From assembly GCF_001194135.2 (NCBI RefSeq), contig NC_068998.1:8260616-8299430 (forward strand): a DNA stretch of 38,815 nt, given 5' to 3'. The DNA is from Octopus bimaculoides (lineage: Eukaryota). Positions 37,780 to 38,815 of this stretch are shown here, piece by piece. Position 1 is the stretch's first letter, and every line of letters begins with the position of its first letter. The notes beneath the pieces were generated by a model, which did no database searches, was not told where the DNA came from, and worked only from the letters and a program-made list of their open reading frames with translations. Both the position numbers and the translations under genes were made by a program.

Positions 37780-37945
37780 GTAGTTGTGTGGTAAGAAGCC
37801 TTCTTCCGAAAAACATGTTTCCGAGTTCAGTCCCACTGCGCGGCACCTTAGGCAGGCATCTTCTACTATAGCCTCCGGTCGACCAGAGCCTTGTGAGTGG
37901 GTTTGGCAGTGGCAGACATAAACCGGAAGATGCCCGTCGTATATA
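37780..37945 (+). mobile_element. SINE family B, 5' half
   Basis: gttgtgtggtaagaag...gagttcagtcccactgcgcggcaccttaggcaggcatcttctactatagcc...ccttgtgagtggg...gcccgtcgtatata. Confidence 0.9.
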
Positions 37946-37989
37946 TATATATGTAATAATATATAGACAAATTATAAAAACAATAAACG

Positions 37990-38202
37990 TTTCTACTCTT
38001 AGTGCAGGGCCCGAAGTTTTGGGGGAGGGGGCCAGTAGATTAGATCGACCCCAGTAGGCAACTGGTACTTAATTTATCGACCCCGAAAGGATGAATGGCA
38101 AAGTCGACCTCGGCGGAATTTGAACTCAGAACGTAGCGGCAGACGAAATACCACTGAGCATTTCGCCCGGTCTGCTAACATTTCTGCTAGCTCGCCGCCT
38201 TA
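37990..38202 (-). mobile_element. SINE family A, full length, best-preserved copy
   Basis: Reverse strand: taaggcggcgagctagcagaaatgttagc (A box), gagttcaaattcc (B box), gcc(a)ttcatcctttcggggtcgataaattaagtaccag, tail ending gcactaagagtagaaa. Confidence 0.95.
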
Positions 38203-38299
38203 TTTATAAAAATAATAATAAAAACATACAGTATATATTTTCGGCATTGTGCCTCGAGTAGAAAAGAATATTAAAATCTCATTTCAGTTTAATTCCAAA

Positions 38300-38600
38300 G
38301 GTCAGCTAGCACATTAGACTAAAATACACTTCTCATCATACACACCTCTACCAGTTCAAGAAAATGCCCCATTTCTCTGCTCTTTACATTTCTGTTCCAA
38401 GTAATATCAGCTTTTCCTATCCAGCTGCTAACATTTCCTGCCCACTTGCCTATATGTTCTGAACACCAGATCACCAATACTTCACTCGGTATCCATTCAA
38501 ATAATTGGAAATGTGGAATGCGAATAACAAAATGCCTGGTGCCATCTGCTATAATCATAAGTAGCACTTAATTTCAGCATTCACTGCTGTTTTAAACTTC
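38300..38600 (-). mobile_element. Possible LINE (RTE-like) C-terminal remnant
   Basis: GKADITWNRNVKSREMG weakly resembles GRPxxTWxxxVxxD at RTE ORF2 ends; weak. Confidence 0.2.
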
Positions 38601-38815
38601 TCTATCCATATACACTCTGTGTGTGTGTGTGTTTGTGTGTGTGTTTATATTATTACCATTCACATACGAGAAGCTTCTCACGTCGATTCTGCATAGAATA
38701 TTTTATGCTACTCTACATTGCATTAGGAGTGAAACCACTGAACTCCTTTTCTCTCTGTATACATATTCACCAATATTTATAAATATGTATATATATATAT
38801 ATATACATATATATA

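Overview
AT-rich, microsatellite-dense eukaryotic DNA from a gapped draft assembly (12 N-runs, almost all abutting (TA)n or (CA)n). The tRNA-derived SINE families look like those I recall from octopus genomes, so this is most likely Octopus (coleoid cephalopod) intergenic or intronic DNA; that assignment is from recognition, not a search. I find no intact protein-coding gene I can name, and most ORFs in the track are read-throughs of microsatellites or N-runs. What the sequence does support: about 19 SINE copies or fragments of three families, two decayed mariner elements (one with both TIRs), a small Tigger/pogo-type MITE, a Penelope-like RT plus GIY-YIG remnant, an R4/Dong-clade RLE remnant, RTE-type RT fragments, a ~294 bp foldback palindrome, a microsatellite-centred palindrome, a 21 bp minisatellite and three decayed hammerhead-like motifs. 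A few phase-compatible minus-strand exon candidates are weak. I cannot demonstrate a new biological system here. The best leads are the foldback structures and the apparent SINE-(ATT)n targeting with modular SINE tails.
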